A stretch of 64,000 nucleotides of DNA, from positions 42,552-106,551 of the forward strand of contig DATLPO010000117.1 in assembly GCA_035535675.1 (NCBI GenBank). The letters run 5' to 3'. Shown here piece by piece: positions 18,078 through 27,058 of the stretch. Numbering within the stretch: position 1 is the first letter of the stretch; each line of letters starts with the position of its first letter. The notes beneath the pieces were generated by a model. It made no database searches and was not told the origin of the DNA. It saw only the letters and a list, made by a program, of their open reading frames with translations. This stretch comes from Candidatus Limnocylindria bacterium (GTDB lineage Bacteria; Chloroflexota; Dormibacteria; Dormibacterales; Dormibacteraceae). Both the position numbers and the translations under genes were made by a program.

Positions 18078-18875
18078 TTACGGCGCGTGCGTTAGGCGCG
18101 CCGCGCGGCGCTGGGCCAAAATCGGGAGGCGAGCTCGCGCCTCACTGAGCCGCTCGTGCGAGATGTCCGCGATGGCGACTCCCTCACCCTCGCCCAGCCC
18201 CGCGATCTGCACTCCGAGCGGATCGACGATCGCGCTGCGCCCTGTGTAACCGGCGCCGGAATGTCCTCCGACTGCGACATACATCGTGTTGTCGAGCGCC
18301 CGCGCTCGGGTGACGATGCTCAAGTGTTCCTCCTTGAGCGGGCCCGCCACCCATGCGGCCGGCGCAAGTAGAAGGTCTGCGCCCTGATCCGCGGCGCGCT
18401 CGATGAAGCTGGCGAAACGCATGTCGTAGCAGATGACGACCGCCGCCCGATAGCCATCGACCTCAATCTGCAGGGGATCTTCATGGCCGGCTCGAAACCG
18501 CTCGGATTCGACCTCTCCGAACGCATCGAACAGGTGACGCTTGTGGAACGTGCCGATAAGGCCCTTGATCGGGTCCACGGCGATCGCAGCATTGTGGATG
18601 AGCCGCTCACCGGGGATCGACTCGAACATCCCCGCCACCACAGTCGTCCGGTGCCGCGCCGCGAGCTCTAACAACGTCGTGACAAACCGCCCGTCGAGCG
18701 GCTCCGCAACGCTGTAAAGGTCGTCTGTCTTCACACCGAAATCGCACATCGCGCCCTCTGGGAAAACGACAAGCCGCGCACCCGAGTCGCCAGCCTGCGC
18801 GGTGAGCCTGGCGATTCTCTCAAGGTTGGCGGGCTTGCTCATCCCGGCGCTGAACTGCGCCACCGCGACTCTCAT
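18078..18875 (-). CDS. Carbon-nitrogen hydrolase (nitrilase-superfamily amidase, possibly omega-amidase-like)
   Basis: MRVAVAQF...LVVFPEG carries the catalytic Glu, HKRHLFD the Lys and VVICYDMRF the Cys. ATG 18875 lies 2 nt after the upstream TAG. Confidence 0.8.
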   Translation of the reverse strand: MRVAVAQFSAGMSKPANLERIARLTAQAGDSGARLVVFPEGAMCDFGVKTDDLYSVAEPLDGRFVTTLLELAARHRTTVVAGMFESIPGERLIHNAAIAVDPIKGLIGTFHKRHLFDAFGEVESERFRAGHEDPLQIEVDGYRAAVVICYDMRFASFIERAADQGADLLLAPAAWVAGPLKEEHLSIVTRARALDNTMYVAVGGHSGAGYTGRSAIVDPLGVQIAGLGEGEGVAIADISHERLSEARARLPILAQRRAARLTHAP

Positions 18876-18877
18876 TT

Positions 18878-20224
18878 CTAAACGCTCCTTTCGTAACGAT
18901 TTCGTTCCCAGTCGGTCACCGTTTCCTGGAACGCTTTGAGCTCCCACCTGCGGGAGGTGGCGTAGTAGTCGCTGAAGTTGTCCCCGAGGCCCTGGCGAAA
19001 CACCGAGTCGGACTCGAAGGCCGCAAGTGCTGCCTCCAACGAACCTGGCAGCATCGCGAGGTCAGATCGCGAGTAGGCATCTCCCTTGACCGGCTCTGGT
19101 GGCTTCGCTCCTCGGCGCAGGCCGTCCGCTGCGGAGACCACCAAGGCGGCAAGCGCCAGGTAAGGATTGGCGTCCGCGCCGGGCCGCCTGCACTCGATCC
19201 TGCACAGCTCCGGGCGCTTTGACCTGATCGCCCTTACGGCTGCCGAGCGATTCTCGAGCCCCCAGCTGACGTTTGTAGGCGCGAAGAATCCCGGCACGAG
19301 CCGCTTGTAAGAGTTGATCGTCGGGTTCATTAGCAGTGACGCCGCGGGCAGGTGCTCGAGCACTCCGGCGATCGCGGACTCCATCGCAGGCGGCAGAGCC
19401 CTGGATCCGGAGCTCGCGAAAGTGTTGCCACCGTCTCGCCAGCAGGACATGTGGAGATGGCCGCTCGAACCCTCTTCGCCGGGCGCGGTCTTGGCCAGGA
19501 AGGTCGCCTGCATTCCCATCGAGGCGGCGACGCCTTTGACAGCAAACTTTGTGAAGGCAGCGTCGTCGGCGGCTTGAAGCGCGGGTCGAGCCGCCAGGTT
19601 GAGCTCGAGCAAACCTGGCGCACCCTCCGTGTGAGCTGCATTGAGCTCGACCCCAAGCCCGTCCAGTGCCGGTCGAAGCGCATTCAGGAAGCCGTCCAGG
19701 GCGCTGACTTCCAACAGGCTGTAGCTGACGCCGCTAAATGGGAACTGTCCGGCTGCGTCGCGGACGCGAAGCTCGTACTCCACGGCGGCGGTGACCTCGT
19801 AGCCGATCTCTGACATCCGCTCGAGCGCTCCCCGCAGCACCTCGCGCGACGCGAGCTCGCACCTCGTGTCGTCGGGCCAGTTCGGGGTACCGACGCATAC
19901 GCGCCAGCCAGGCCGCCAGCTGACGTCGTGAAGTGTGCTCAGATCTGGATGCACAATCAGGTCCGCAGCACCGGAGCGGATCCCCAAGCGTTCGTAATCA
20001 GCGATGGGCATGTCGAGAGTGTCGAGGGCGAGGAGCAGGTCAGTCATTGCCGCCCCGTGCCGGACGGCTGCCTCGAACGCTTCGGGGCGCATCGCCTTAC
20101 CGCGCAGGGTCCCATTCATGTCCGGAAATCCCAGCAGCACAAACTCGACATCGTCCAGGTTAGGCGGCACGGTCTGAGGAGCGGCTTTAGGCGCCGTGCG
20201 TGATGGACTCTCCACGCGGCTCAT
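18878..20224 (-). CDS. Glutamine-synthetase-like gamma-glutamyl-amine ligase (GlnA paralogue)
   Basis: GS beta-grasp and catalytic-domain features include FPDMNGTLRGK, VEYELRV, GSSGHLHMS and NSYKRL.PG.FAP. Its ATG overlaps the upstream stop (ATGA). Confidence 0.8.
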   Translation of the reverse strand: MSRVESPSRTAPKAAPQTVPPNLDDVEFVLLGFPDMNGTLRGKAMRPEAFEAAVRHGAAMTDLLLALDTLDMPIADYERLGIRSGAADLIVHPDLSTLHDVSWRPGWRVCVGTPNWPDDTRCELASREVLRGALERMSEIGYEVTAAVEYELRVRDAAGQFPFSGVSYSLLEVSALDGFLNALRPALDGLGVELNAAHTEGAPGLLELNLAARPALQAADDAAFTKFAVKGVAASMGMQATFLAKTAPGEEGSSGHLHMSCWRDGGNTFASSGSRALPPAMESAIAGVLEHLPAASLLMNPTINSYKRLVPGFFAPTNVSWGLENRSAAVRAIRSKRPELCRIECRRPGADANPYLALAALVVSAADGLRRGAKPPEPVKGDAYSRSDLAMLPGSLEAALAAFESDSVFRQGLGDNFSDYYATSRRWELKAFQETVTDWERNRYERSV

Positions 20225-21597
20225 TGTCGGCTTGCGGCGGCGCCGGCTCCGCTCAGCATCTTCTCGATCTTGTGGGTCATGTGGGCCACCGTCTCGGAGA
20301 AGCGCTCGATCATCAAAGCCAGCTCCTCGTCTGTGCTGGTGAAAGCCGGAGCCAGCAGGATCTCGTCGCCGGCGTAGCCGTCGGCCGTCGAGTGGGTGGA
20401 GCTGACCAGGAGCCCGTGCTCGATTGCATGGTCCTCGACGCGCAGCCCGGCCTGAAGCTCATCCGGAAGGAATGATTTGCCGTCGCGCGGGTCGACCAGC
20501 TCGACCCCGAGCAGAAATCCGCGTCCACGAACGTCATGAACCATCGGGTTGCCTTTGAGCGCCGACTCCAGCTCATCGCGAAGTCTCGGCCCGCGTTCCA
20601 TGACGCGCTCCACCAATCGGCGTGAAATGAGGCTGTCGACCACGGCGAGGCCGATCGCGCAGGACTGCGGAGCGCCGTCCCATGTGTGGCCGAGGTCGAA
20701 GGCGCGTGACCCGCTCGCGATCGCGTCATAGACGTGCTGTTTGCAGAGCACCGCGCTGATTGGGGCGTAGCCGGCGCCGAGTCCTTTGCCAACGGTGACG
20801 ATGTCCGGCTCGACGGGCAGCTGCTGGTAAGCGAACCAGGAGCCGACCCGGCCCATCCCGGTGACGACCTCGTCGAAAACGATCAGAAAACCGTGCCTCT
20901 CGCGTCTCTCGGCCAGGCCATGCCAGAACCGATCGGGTGGTGAGTAGCCAGGCAGAGCGGCGGCGCTTATTGGCTCGCAGAAGAACGTGGCCAATGAATG
21001 CGCGCCCGCTTCTTCGATTCGCTTGTCGAGCGCTTCCAGCGCCGCCTGACCGGACGGGTCGAATCGCCAGGTGGAAGGCGGGATGTGAAGGTGGGGCGAC
21101 AGGTAGGCCGAGTAGGGCTCATGGATCGTGTGCTTGCGGCCGGTCAGCGCAATCGTCGCCATGGTTGAGCCGTGATACGCCTGGGCTGGCGAGATCACCT
21201 GCCACCGTTCGGGCTCGCCTCGATCGACGTGGTACTGGCGGGCCAGGCGCAGCGCCGTCTCGTTGGCTTCAGAACCGCTGGAGGCAAATCTGACGCGCGC
21301 CATCTCCGGCGCCAAACCGATGAGGCGATCGGCCAGCTGCTCCATCGGCTCGTTGGTGAAGTGGTCCATGTAGAAGTAGGCAATCCGCTCGGCCTGCTTG
21401 GCGCCGGCGTCGACGATCTCGCTCGCGCCATTTCCCAGTGAGGACACCATCGCGCCGCCTGAGCACGCGTCGAGGATCTTCTCGCCGCCAGTCGTGTACA
21501 GCCACACTCCCTCGCCACGCTCGACGCTTGGGTAAGCGAGATCGAGGAATCGCGGAAACGTGCTGGTCTGGTCGGCGGCTACGCGCTCCGGGCTCAC
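20221..21597 (-). CDS. Class-III aminotransferase (BioA-like), paralogue b
   Basis: It can be aligned by eye along its whole length with the 22298..23647 product (e.g. ISPAQAYHGSTMAT, IPPSTWRFDPSGQAALEALD, FDEVVTGMGR, GKGLGAGYAPI). I chose GTG 21597 (GTGA overlap with the upstream stop) rather than the ORF-track start at 21753. Confidence 0.8.
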   Translation of the reverse strand: MSPERVAADQTSTFPRFLDLAYPSVERGEGVWLYTTGGEKILDACSGGAMVSSLGNGASEIVDAGAKQAERIAYFYMDHFTNEPMEQLADRLIGLAPEMARVRFASSGSEANETALRLARQYHVDRGEPERWQVISPAQAYHGSTMATIALTGRKHTIHEPYSAYLSPHLHIPPSTWRFDPSGQAALEALDKRIEEAGAHSLATFFCEPISAAALPGYSPPDRFWHGLAERRERHGFLIVFDEVVTGMGRVGSWFAYQQLPVEPDIVTVGKGLGAGYAPISAVLCKQHVYDAIASGSRAFDLGHTWDGAPQSCAIGLAVVDSLISRRLVERVMERGPRLRDELESALKGNPMVHDVRGRGFLLGVELVDPRDGKSFLPDELQAGLRVEDHAIEHGLLVSSTHSTADGYAGDEILLAPAFTSTDEELALMIERFSETVAHMTHKIEKMLSGAGAAASRQ

Positions 21598-22301
21598 CGG
21601 GCACGTTCCTTGAGCGCGACCCGATTCCGAAACGCGTCCAGCAAGCGCCACGTCGTTTGCTTTGCCTGGGCCGCCCGCTGCCTGGTTTCCGCCAACAGGC
21701 CCTGGGGGTCCACCCCTTCGGCCTCCAGCTCGTGTGGGTACGCGCGCACCCACTCGTCCATGATCTCGGGCGTCACCTCCGGGTGAAACTGCAGCCCCAG
21801 GTTACGGCCCGAAACGAAAGCCTGTGGCGCGGCGTCGGTCTCGGCGATCAGCTTCGCGCCCGGTGGCGCCGAGAAGCTGTCGAAATGCCATTGGAACCAC
21901 GGGCCTGTGCTGACGAGCTCGGGATCATGCGTTCTCACCGGCAGCCAGCCGATCTCCGCCTCCTCCGCTCGGAACAGCCGGCTGCCGAGCACGCGCGCGA
22001 GCATCTGTCCGCCGAAGCACAGGCCGAGGATCGGCACGTCCGCCTCAATGGCCTGCTGGTACAGCTTCACCTCGCGCTGCACGAAGGGGACGGCGTCGTC
22101 GAAGGCGGCGAACTCCGAGCCGAGCGACACGATGAGGTCGTAGTCACGGGGATCCACCTCGTCGTCCTTTTCGTCCTTTTTATCTATGCGAAACACCTCG
22201 ACCTGTGCACCCTGCTCAGCCAGCCAATTCGTCATATGGCCGGGCGGGGTCGGTTCCTCGTGCTGGAGGATGAGCGTCCGCGGACGCCACAAGGAGCTCA
22301 T
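21594..22301 (-). CDS. Class-I glutamine amidotransferase (GuaA-N-like, stand-alone)
   Basis: PILGLCFGGQML has the nucleophile Cys and GLQFHPEV the His-Glu pair. ATG 22301 forms an ATGA overlap with the upstream stop. The longer ORF-track frame upstream of this ATG is Arg/Pro-rich junk. Confidence 0.8.
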   Translation of the reverse strand: MSSLWRPRTLILQHEEPTPPGHMTNWLAEQGAQVEVFRIDKKDEKDDEVDPRDYDLIVSLGSEFAAFDDAVPFVQREVKLYQQAIEADVPILGLCFGGQMLARVLGSRLFRAEEAEIGWLPVRTHDPELVSTGPWFQWHFDSFSAPPGAKLIAETDAAPQAFVSGRNLGLQFHPEVTPEIMDEWVRAYPHELEAEGVDPQGLLAETRQRAAQAKQTTWRLLDAFRNRVALKERAR

Positions 22302-23647
22302 TTGAGCTCCGCTTCGATTGATTTCGCAACGTTGCGCACGGTATTGGTGAACCGCTCCACCATCTGGGTGAGCTCGGTGTCGGTGGTGGTGAACGGCGGC
22401 GCGAAAAGCGTCTGGTCGCCGGCGTATCCGTCGCGCGTCGGCATCGTCGAGTACACGATGAGGCCAAGGTCCATCGCGGTGAGGTCCACGCGCCGCGCGG
22501 TTCCGAGCTCGGGCGGCAGGAAAGACTTCCCGTCGCGCGGGTCGACATACTCGACGCCCAACAGGAAACCGTGCCCTCGCACCTCGCGAACCATGGGGAT
22601 GTCCGCGAGCGCCGCGGCCAGCTCGTCCCGCAGCTTCGGGCCCTTTGTCCGCATGCGTTCGATCAGCCCTTCCTCTCGCAGCACCTCGATCACGCGGAGG
22701 CCGACGGCGCACGTCACGGGCGCGCCATCCCACGTGTGCCCGTGGGTGAGCTTGCGCGAGCCGTTCGCGAACGCTTGGTAAACGTGGTCGCGGCAGATGA
22801 CGCCTCCGATGGCTGCGTAGCCGGCACCAAGACCCTTGGCCGTGGCGATGATGTCGGGCACGAGGGGCAGCTTGTCGGCGGCGAACCAATGGCCGGTCCG
22901 GCCCATGCCGGTGACCACCTCGTCGTAAAGGACGAGGAATCCGTGCTTGTCCCGGCGCTCAGCGAGACCTTTCCAGAAGAGCTCAGGCGGAGAATACGCA
23001 GGCAGCGCCGCGGCGGTTACCGGCTCGCAGAAATACGCCGAGACGTTCTCGGGCCCAACTTCCTCCAGCACCCGGTCGAGAGCATCGAGCGCGGCCTGGC
23101 CGGTGGGGTCGAATCGCCAGGTGCTCGGCGGGATGTGATGGTGCATCGACAGGTAGGGACCAAACGGGCGCTGCAGGCCGGGCCTTCCGGTGAGCGCAAG
23201 GGTCGCCATCGTTGGCCCGTGATAGGCCTGCGCAGGGGAGATCATGTGCCAGCGCTTCGTGTCACCCCTCTCGACGTGGTAGCTGCGCGCCATCTGCAGA
23301 GCAGCCTCGTTGGACTCGGCTCCACCGGTGGTGAAGCGCACGCGGGTCATGCCGGCGGGCGCGACCTCAACCAGCTCCGCGGCGAGCCGTTCCCTCGCGG
23401 GGTTGGTGAGGCGCTCGTTGTGGACATAAGAAAGCTGTAGCGCCTGGTCTCTAGCGGCCGCAATGATGTCGCGCCGTCCATGCCCGAGCGTTGCGGCCAT
23501 CGAGCCTCCGCTCATCGCGTCCAGGTATCGCTTGCCGGCCGAGTCCTCCACCCACACGCCGTCGCCGCGCACGACGACCGGGTACAGGCGATCCAGCTCC
23601 AGCGGGAAGACGCGCGTCCGGTCGCTGGCGATCGACGCCTCAGCCAT
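22298..23647 (-). CDS. Class-III aminotransferase (BioA-like), paralogue a
   Basis: Motifs are MSGGSMAATLGHG, ISPAQAYHGPTMAT, YDEVVTGMGRTGHWF and TAKGLGAGYAAIG. Its ATG overlaps the kinase stop by 1 nt. Confidence 0.85.
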   Translation of the reverse strand: MAEASIASDRTRVFPLELDRLYPVVVRGDGVWVEDSAGKRYLDAMSGGSMAATLGHGRRDIIAAARDQALQLSYVHNERLTNPARERLAAELVEVAPAGMTRVRFTTGGAESNEAALQMARSYHVERGDTKRWHMISPAQAYHGPTMATLALTGRPGLQRPFGPYLSMHHHIPPSTWRFDPTGQAALDALDRVLEEVGPENVSAYFCEPVTAAALPAYSPPELFWKGLAERRDKHGFLVLYDEVVTGMGRTGHWFAADKLPLVPDIIATAKGLGAGYAAIGGVICRDHVYQAFANGSRKLTHGHTWDGAPVTCAVGLRVIEVLREEGLIERMRTKGPKLRDELAAALADIPMVREVRGHGFLLGVEYVDPRDGKSFLPPELGTARRVDLTAMDLGLIVYSTMPTRDGYAGDQTLFAPPFTTTDTELTQMVERFTNTVRNVAKSIEAELK

Positions 23648-25170
23648 CAGGCTCGCTCGAAAACAGGCTTGAGCGCGAAGTACACATCGCGGTATCGAGC
23701 GTAGGCCTCGTTGTAGATTTCTTGACGCTCGGGGTCGGGGCGGTGCTCGTCAGGGCGGTAGGAGACGAATGCCCCGGCTGCGCTTGCGACATCCTTATAT
23801 AGTCCCGCGCCGACCGCGGCCAGAGTGGCCGCTCCGGTTGCGGTTGTCTCCACGCTTACTGGGACCCGTGCCGGAAGACCGGTCACGTCTGCTTTAATCT
23901 GCCGCCACAGCGCGCCCTTGGCGCCGCCGCCAACGAGTGTGAGACGCCGGACTTCAAGGCCTGCGTTGCGCATCGCGTCCAGGATGTCGCGGAGCGCAAA
24001 GGCGCTGCCTTCGAGCACCGCGCGGGTTAAATGCGCCTTGGTATGCGCCAGGCTCAGCCCGTAAAACACGCCACGCGCCGCGCCGTTCCATTCCGGTGCC
24101 ATCGCCCCCTGCATGCAGGGCAGGAAGACCAGGCCTTCGGCGCCTGGTGCCACATCTGCGGCAGGCGCCGTCAAGGCGTCGTACGCATCCCCCTCGCCAC
24201 GCGACTCGGCCGCCCGCTCCTCCAGGCAGAACTGGTCCCTCCACCATCTCAGGTTGCCGCCGGAGACAAACCCGGGGTTCTCGAGCAGCCAGGTGGCCGG
24301 ATCGGCGTGCGGATGGCATTCGACGAGCATCGTCGGATCCTCTCGCGGTCCAGCCGACACTGCGCAAACCGGTTCGGCGGTGCCCGCCACGTCGCACACC
24401 TCGCCGGGCGCGAAAACGCCGGCGCCGAGCGTTGCAGCCATTTCGTCACCGCACCCGACCACCACCATCGTGTCGGGCGAAAGGCCGGTGGCGGCGGCGA
24501 ACGACGCGGTCACACGCCCTACCGTCTGCGTCCCCGCGGCCAGCTCGGGCAGCATCCCTGAGTCGATCCCGGTGGCATCGAGCATCGGCTCCGACCACGA
24601 CCGAGTGCGCGGATCGAGGAGCGCAAGCGACGAGGCGTTGGAGTAGTCGACGGCGACGACTCCTGAGGCTTCGTACAGCACGTACGACCCCGGTGACATG
24701 AGCTTGACCGCGCTGGCGAAAACCTTGGGCTCCTCGTCGCGGATCCACATCGCTTTGAAGACGGCGTGCGACGAATCAAGGTTCGCGCCGACATGGTGAT
24801 AGAAGTCCTTGCGCGACACGCTTTCAGCGAGCGCAGCCGCCTGCGATTCGGCCCGGCGGTCCATCCAGATCATGGCGGCCCTCAGCGGCTGTCCTTTCGC
24901 GTCGCACGCGACCATCCCATCGAGCTGCGATCCGAACGAGAGACCTTTCACTCCAGACGGCCCCTCAGGCACTGAGGCGAGGACTCGCGCAATGGTGGCG
25001 TGAAGTGCGCGCGTCCATTCCCGCGGATCCTGTTCCGCCCAACCTGGCTGCGGAAAGGAGACGTCGTAGCCCTCGTAGGCGGAAGCGACGAGCTGACCAT
25101 CGACCGAGTAAAGCGCGGTATTGGTTCCCTGGCTGCCGACGTCGCAGCCGATCACGTACGGTCCCGTCAA
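23647..25170 (-). CDS. FGGY-family carbohydrate kinase
   Basis: The N-terminal VIGCDVGSQGTNTALY and the C-terminal LVGGGAKGALWRQIKADVTG are FGGY signatures. The TTG start 25170 overlaps the upstream stop (TTGA). Confidence 0.85.
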   Translation of the reverse strand: MTGPYVIGCDVGSQGTNTALYSVDGQLVASAYEGYDVSFPQPGWAEQDPREWTRALHATIARVLASVPEGPSGVKGLSFGSQLDGMVACDAKGQPLRAAMIWMDRRAESQAAALAESVSRKDFYHHVGANLDSSHAVFKAMWIRDEEPKVFASAVKLMSPGSYVLYEASGVVAVDYSNASSLALLDPRTRSWSEPMLDATGIDSGMLPELAAGTQTVGRVTASFAAATGLSPDTMVVVGCGDEMAATLGAGVFAPGEVCDVAGTAEPVCAVSAGPREDPTMLVECHPHADPATWLLENPGFVSGGNLRWWRDQFCLEERAAESRGEGDAYDALTAPAADVAPGAEGLVFLPCMQGAMAPEWNGAARGVFYGLSLAHTKAHLTRAVLEGSAFALRDILDAMRNAGLEVRRLTLVGGGAKGALWRQIKADVTGLPARVPVSVETTATGAATLAAVGAGLYKDVASAAGAFVSYRPDEHRPDPERQEIYNEAYARYRDVYFALKPVFERA

Positions 25171-26219
25171 GGAACGACGACCATCTTCAAGCCGGTGCCT
25201 GATCTGATCGTCTCGAACGCCTCGCCGATCTTCTCCAGCGGGAACCGGTGCGTCACAACGGCTGCCAGCTCATCGCGCCGCCGCTCGAGGTAGTCCATGG
25301 TGAGCCGGTACTGCCTGTGCGTGGCTCCATACGCGCCCAGGATCGCGAGCTCTTTGTAGTGCAGCTGGTTCATGTCGAGCGGGCTGACCGGGTCGTGCTT
25401 CGGCAGCCCTGCGAAATAAACGATGCGCGCCCGCTTCGCCGCCATCTCCAGGGCGGCCTGTTGCGCTTGCTTCGAGGGGGCCGCAACGAGTATCCGCTCA
25501 GGTCCTTTGCCACCGGTGTGCTCGAGGGCTTGCGCCACGCCGTTGTCGTCGCCGGCGACCCATGCGTCGTCCACAAAGCTTCCAACCGCCGACAGCGCAA
25601 TGTCGAGCCGCCCGCGGTTCACGTCGGACAGGAAAACCTTGCCGGCTCCGCAGTCGCGCGCCATCACGGCCTGCCAGCAGCCGATCGGACCCGAGCCAAG
25701 GATCAGCACGGTGTCCCCGATCCGGATGTCGAGCACCTCCACTCCGTTCAGCGCACACGCGAACGGGTCGGCGACAGTCGCCAGGTCTGACGGAAGGTCC
25801 GGAGGAAGCGGAATCAGGTTCTTCATGGCGATGGGTGGCACCGCCGCGTACTCGGCGTAAGCGCCCGGGTATGGGTCGTACCCGTAAAGCAGATGCTGAT
25901 CGCAGAGGTTCTGGTACCCGTCCATGCACCAGTTGCACCGACCACAGGTGAGGATCGATCCGAGGAAGACCCGATCGCCCTTCTTCATTCCAGGCGGAAG
26001 CTCGGCCTGTGGCCCCACCTCCTCGAGAACTCCGACCGGCTCGTGGCCGAGGATCCAGGGCGATGGGGCTTTCGGATCTCCGTTGAAAAACGTGCGAGCG
26101 TCGGTGCCGCAGATGCCGCAGGCTTCGACCTTCAACAGCGCCCCGCGCGGGTCGACCTCGGGAACTGACGTCTTGCGGACCTCGACCGCGTCGACCGCGG
26201 TCATGAACGCAGCTCTCAT
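25167..26219 (-). CDS. Zn-dependent medium-chain polyol/alcohol dehydrogenase
   Basis: ACGICGTDARTF..GHEPVGV is the catalytic Zn site, CGRCNWC the structural Zn site and VLILGSGPIG the Rossmann motif. Confidence 0.85.
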   Translation of the reverse strand: MRAAFMTAVDAVEVRKTSVPEVDPRGALLKVEACGICGTDARTFFNGDPKAPSPWILGHEPVGVLEEVGPQAELPPGMKKGDRVFLGSILTCGRCNWCMDGYQNLCDQHLLYGYDPYPGAYAEYAAVPPIAMKNLIPLPPDLPSDLATVADPFACALNGVEVLDIRIGDTVLILGSGPIGCWQAVMARDCGAGKVFLSDVNRGRLDIALSAVGSFVDDAWVAGDDNGVAQALEHTGGKGPERILVAAPSKQAQQAALEMAAKRARIVYFAGLPKHDPVSPLDMNQLHYKELAILGAYGATHRQYRLTMDYLERRRDELAAVVTHRFPLEKIGEAFETIRSGTGLKMVVVP

Positions 26220-27058
26220 CTCGCGGTGCCTGCGCCGAGCGCCTTGTGCAGCTCCTCCAGCGCCTTGTCCGCCTTCCAGCGGTCCCTGATCACTCGAGAC
26301 AGCGCTCGGGTGATCGCCTCGGGCGACCTGTGCATGAAGATGTTGCGGCCCACTGAGCAGCCGATTGCGCCCGCGGCCATTGCGTACTCCATGCGCTGCA
26401 GAAGCTCATCGTCCTCGAGGCGGGACCCGCCGGCCAGCACCACGGGAAGGCCGTTCGCGGCTTGCACCAATTTGCCGAAGGACTCCTCGTCGCCCGGCCA
26501 GTTCGTCTTGATGATGTCCGCGCCGAGCTCCCCGCACAGCCTCACGTTGCGGCGCAGGTATTCGAAGCCGTACTGGTCGCGCAGGTCCTTCACCGATGCG
26601 TAAGTCGTCGGGAACTCGGCCTCGGCGATAAAAGGAATACCGTGCACGGCGCACTCCCTGCCGACGCCCGCCAGGGTGCGGATCATGCCCGCCTCGGTCT
26701 CGCCGGCCAGCGCAGTGAAGAGCACCACCGCGTCAGCCCCTAGCCGCGCGGCTTCCTCGACCTCGGCGATCTGGATCACCTGGGGTTGGCCTTGCTCCGG
26801 GTTGGCGGAAGCCGACAGCAGAAGCGCGAGCGACGTGGTTGGAGAAAAGGCGGGCTCGGCAATCCGGATCATCCCCTTCGACATCATGATCACGTTCGCG
26901 CCACCGGCCACCGCCTCTGCTGTCCGCGTGGCGATGTCCGCGAGCGGCTCGAGAAAAGTGGGCGACGTCATTCCATGATCCAGAGCGCAGATCACCGACA
27001 CTCCCGCCTGATCGATCACCCGCTTCATCCGCATCGACTTGCCAACCTGTGAGCTCAC
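26216..27058 (-). CDS. DhnA/LsrF-type class-I aldolase (DeoC/LacD family)
   Basis: CALDHGMTS, GADIIKTNWPGD (Schiff-base Lys region), PVVLAGGSR and GCSVGRNIF are typical of DhnA-type fructose-bisphosphate aldolase and LsrF-like proteins. The start is GTG 27058 (GTGA overlap). Confidence 0.7.
   Translation of the reverse strand: MSSQVGKSMRMKRVIDQAGVSVICALDHGMTSPTFLEPLADIATRTAEAVAGGANVIMMSKGMIRIAEPAFSPTTSLALLLSASANPEQGQPQVIQIAEVEEAARLGADAVVLFTALAGETEAGMIRTLAGVGRECAVHGIPFIAEAEFPTTYASVKDLRDQYGFEYLRRNVRLCGELGADIIKTNWPGDEESFGKLVQAANGLPVVLAGGSRLEDDELLQRMEYAMAAGAIGCSVGRNIFMHRSPEAITRALSRVIRDRWKADKALEELHKALGAGTAR

Noticed and set aside
22140-22200. Local AT-rich patch (tccttttcgtcctttttatctatgcg) inside the amidotransferase gene.
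   Set aside because: It encodes a Lys/Asp/Glu-rich surface loop (IDKKDEKDDEVD) in frame. Nothing suggests an insertion or a regulatory element.
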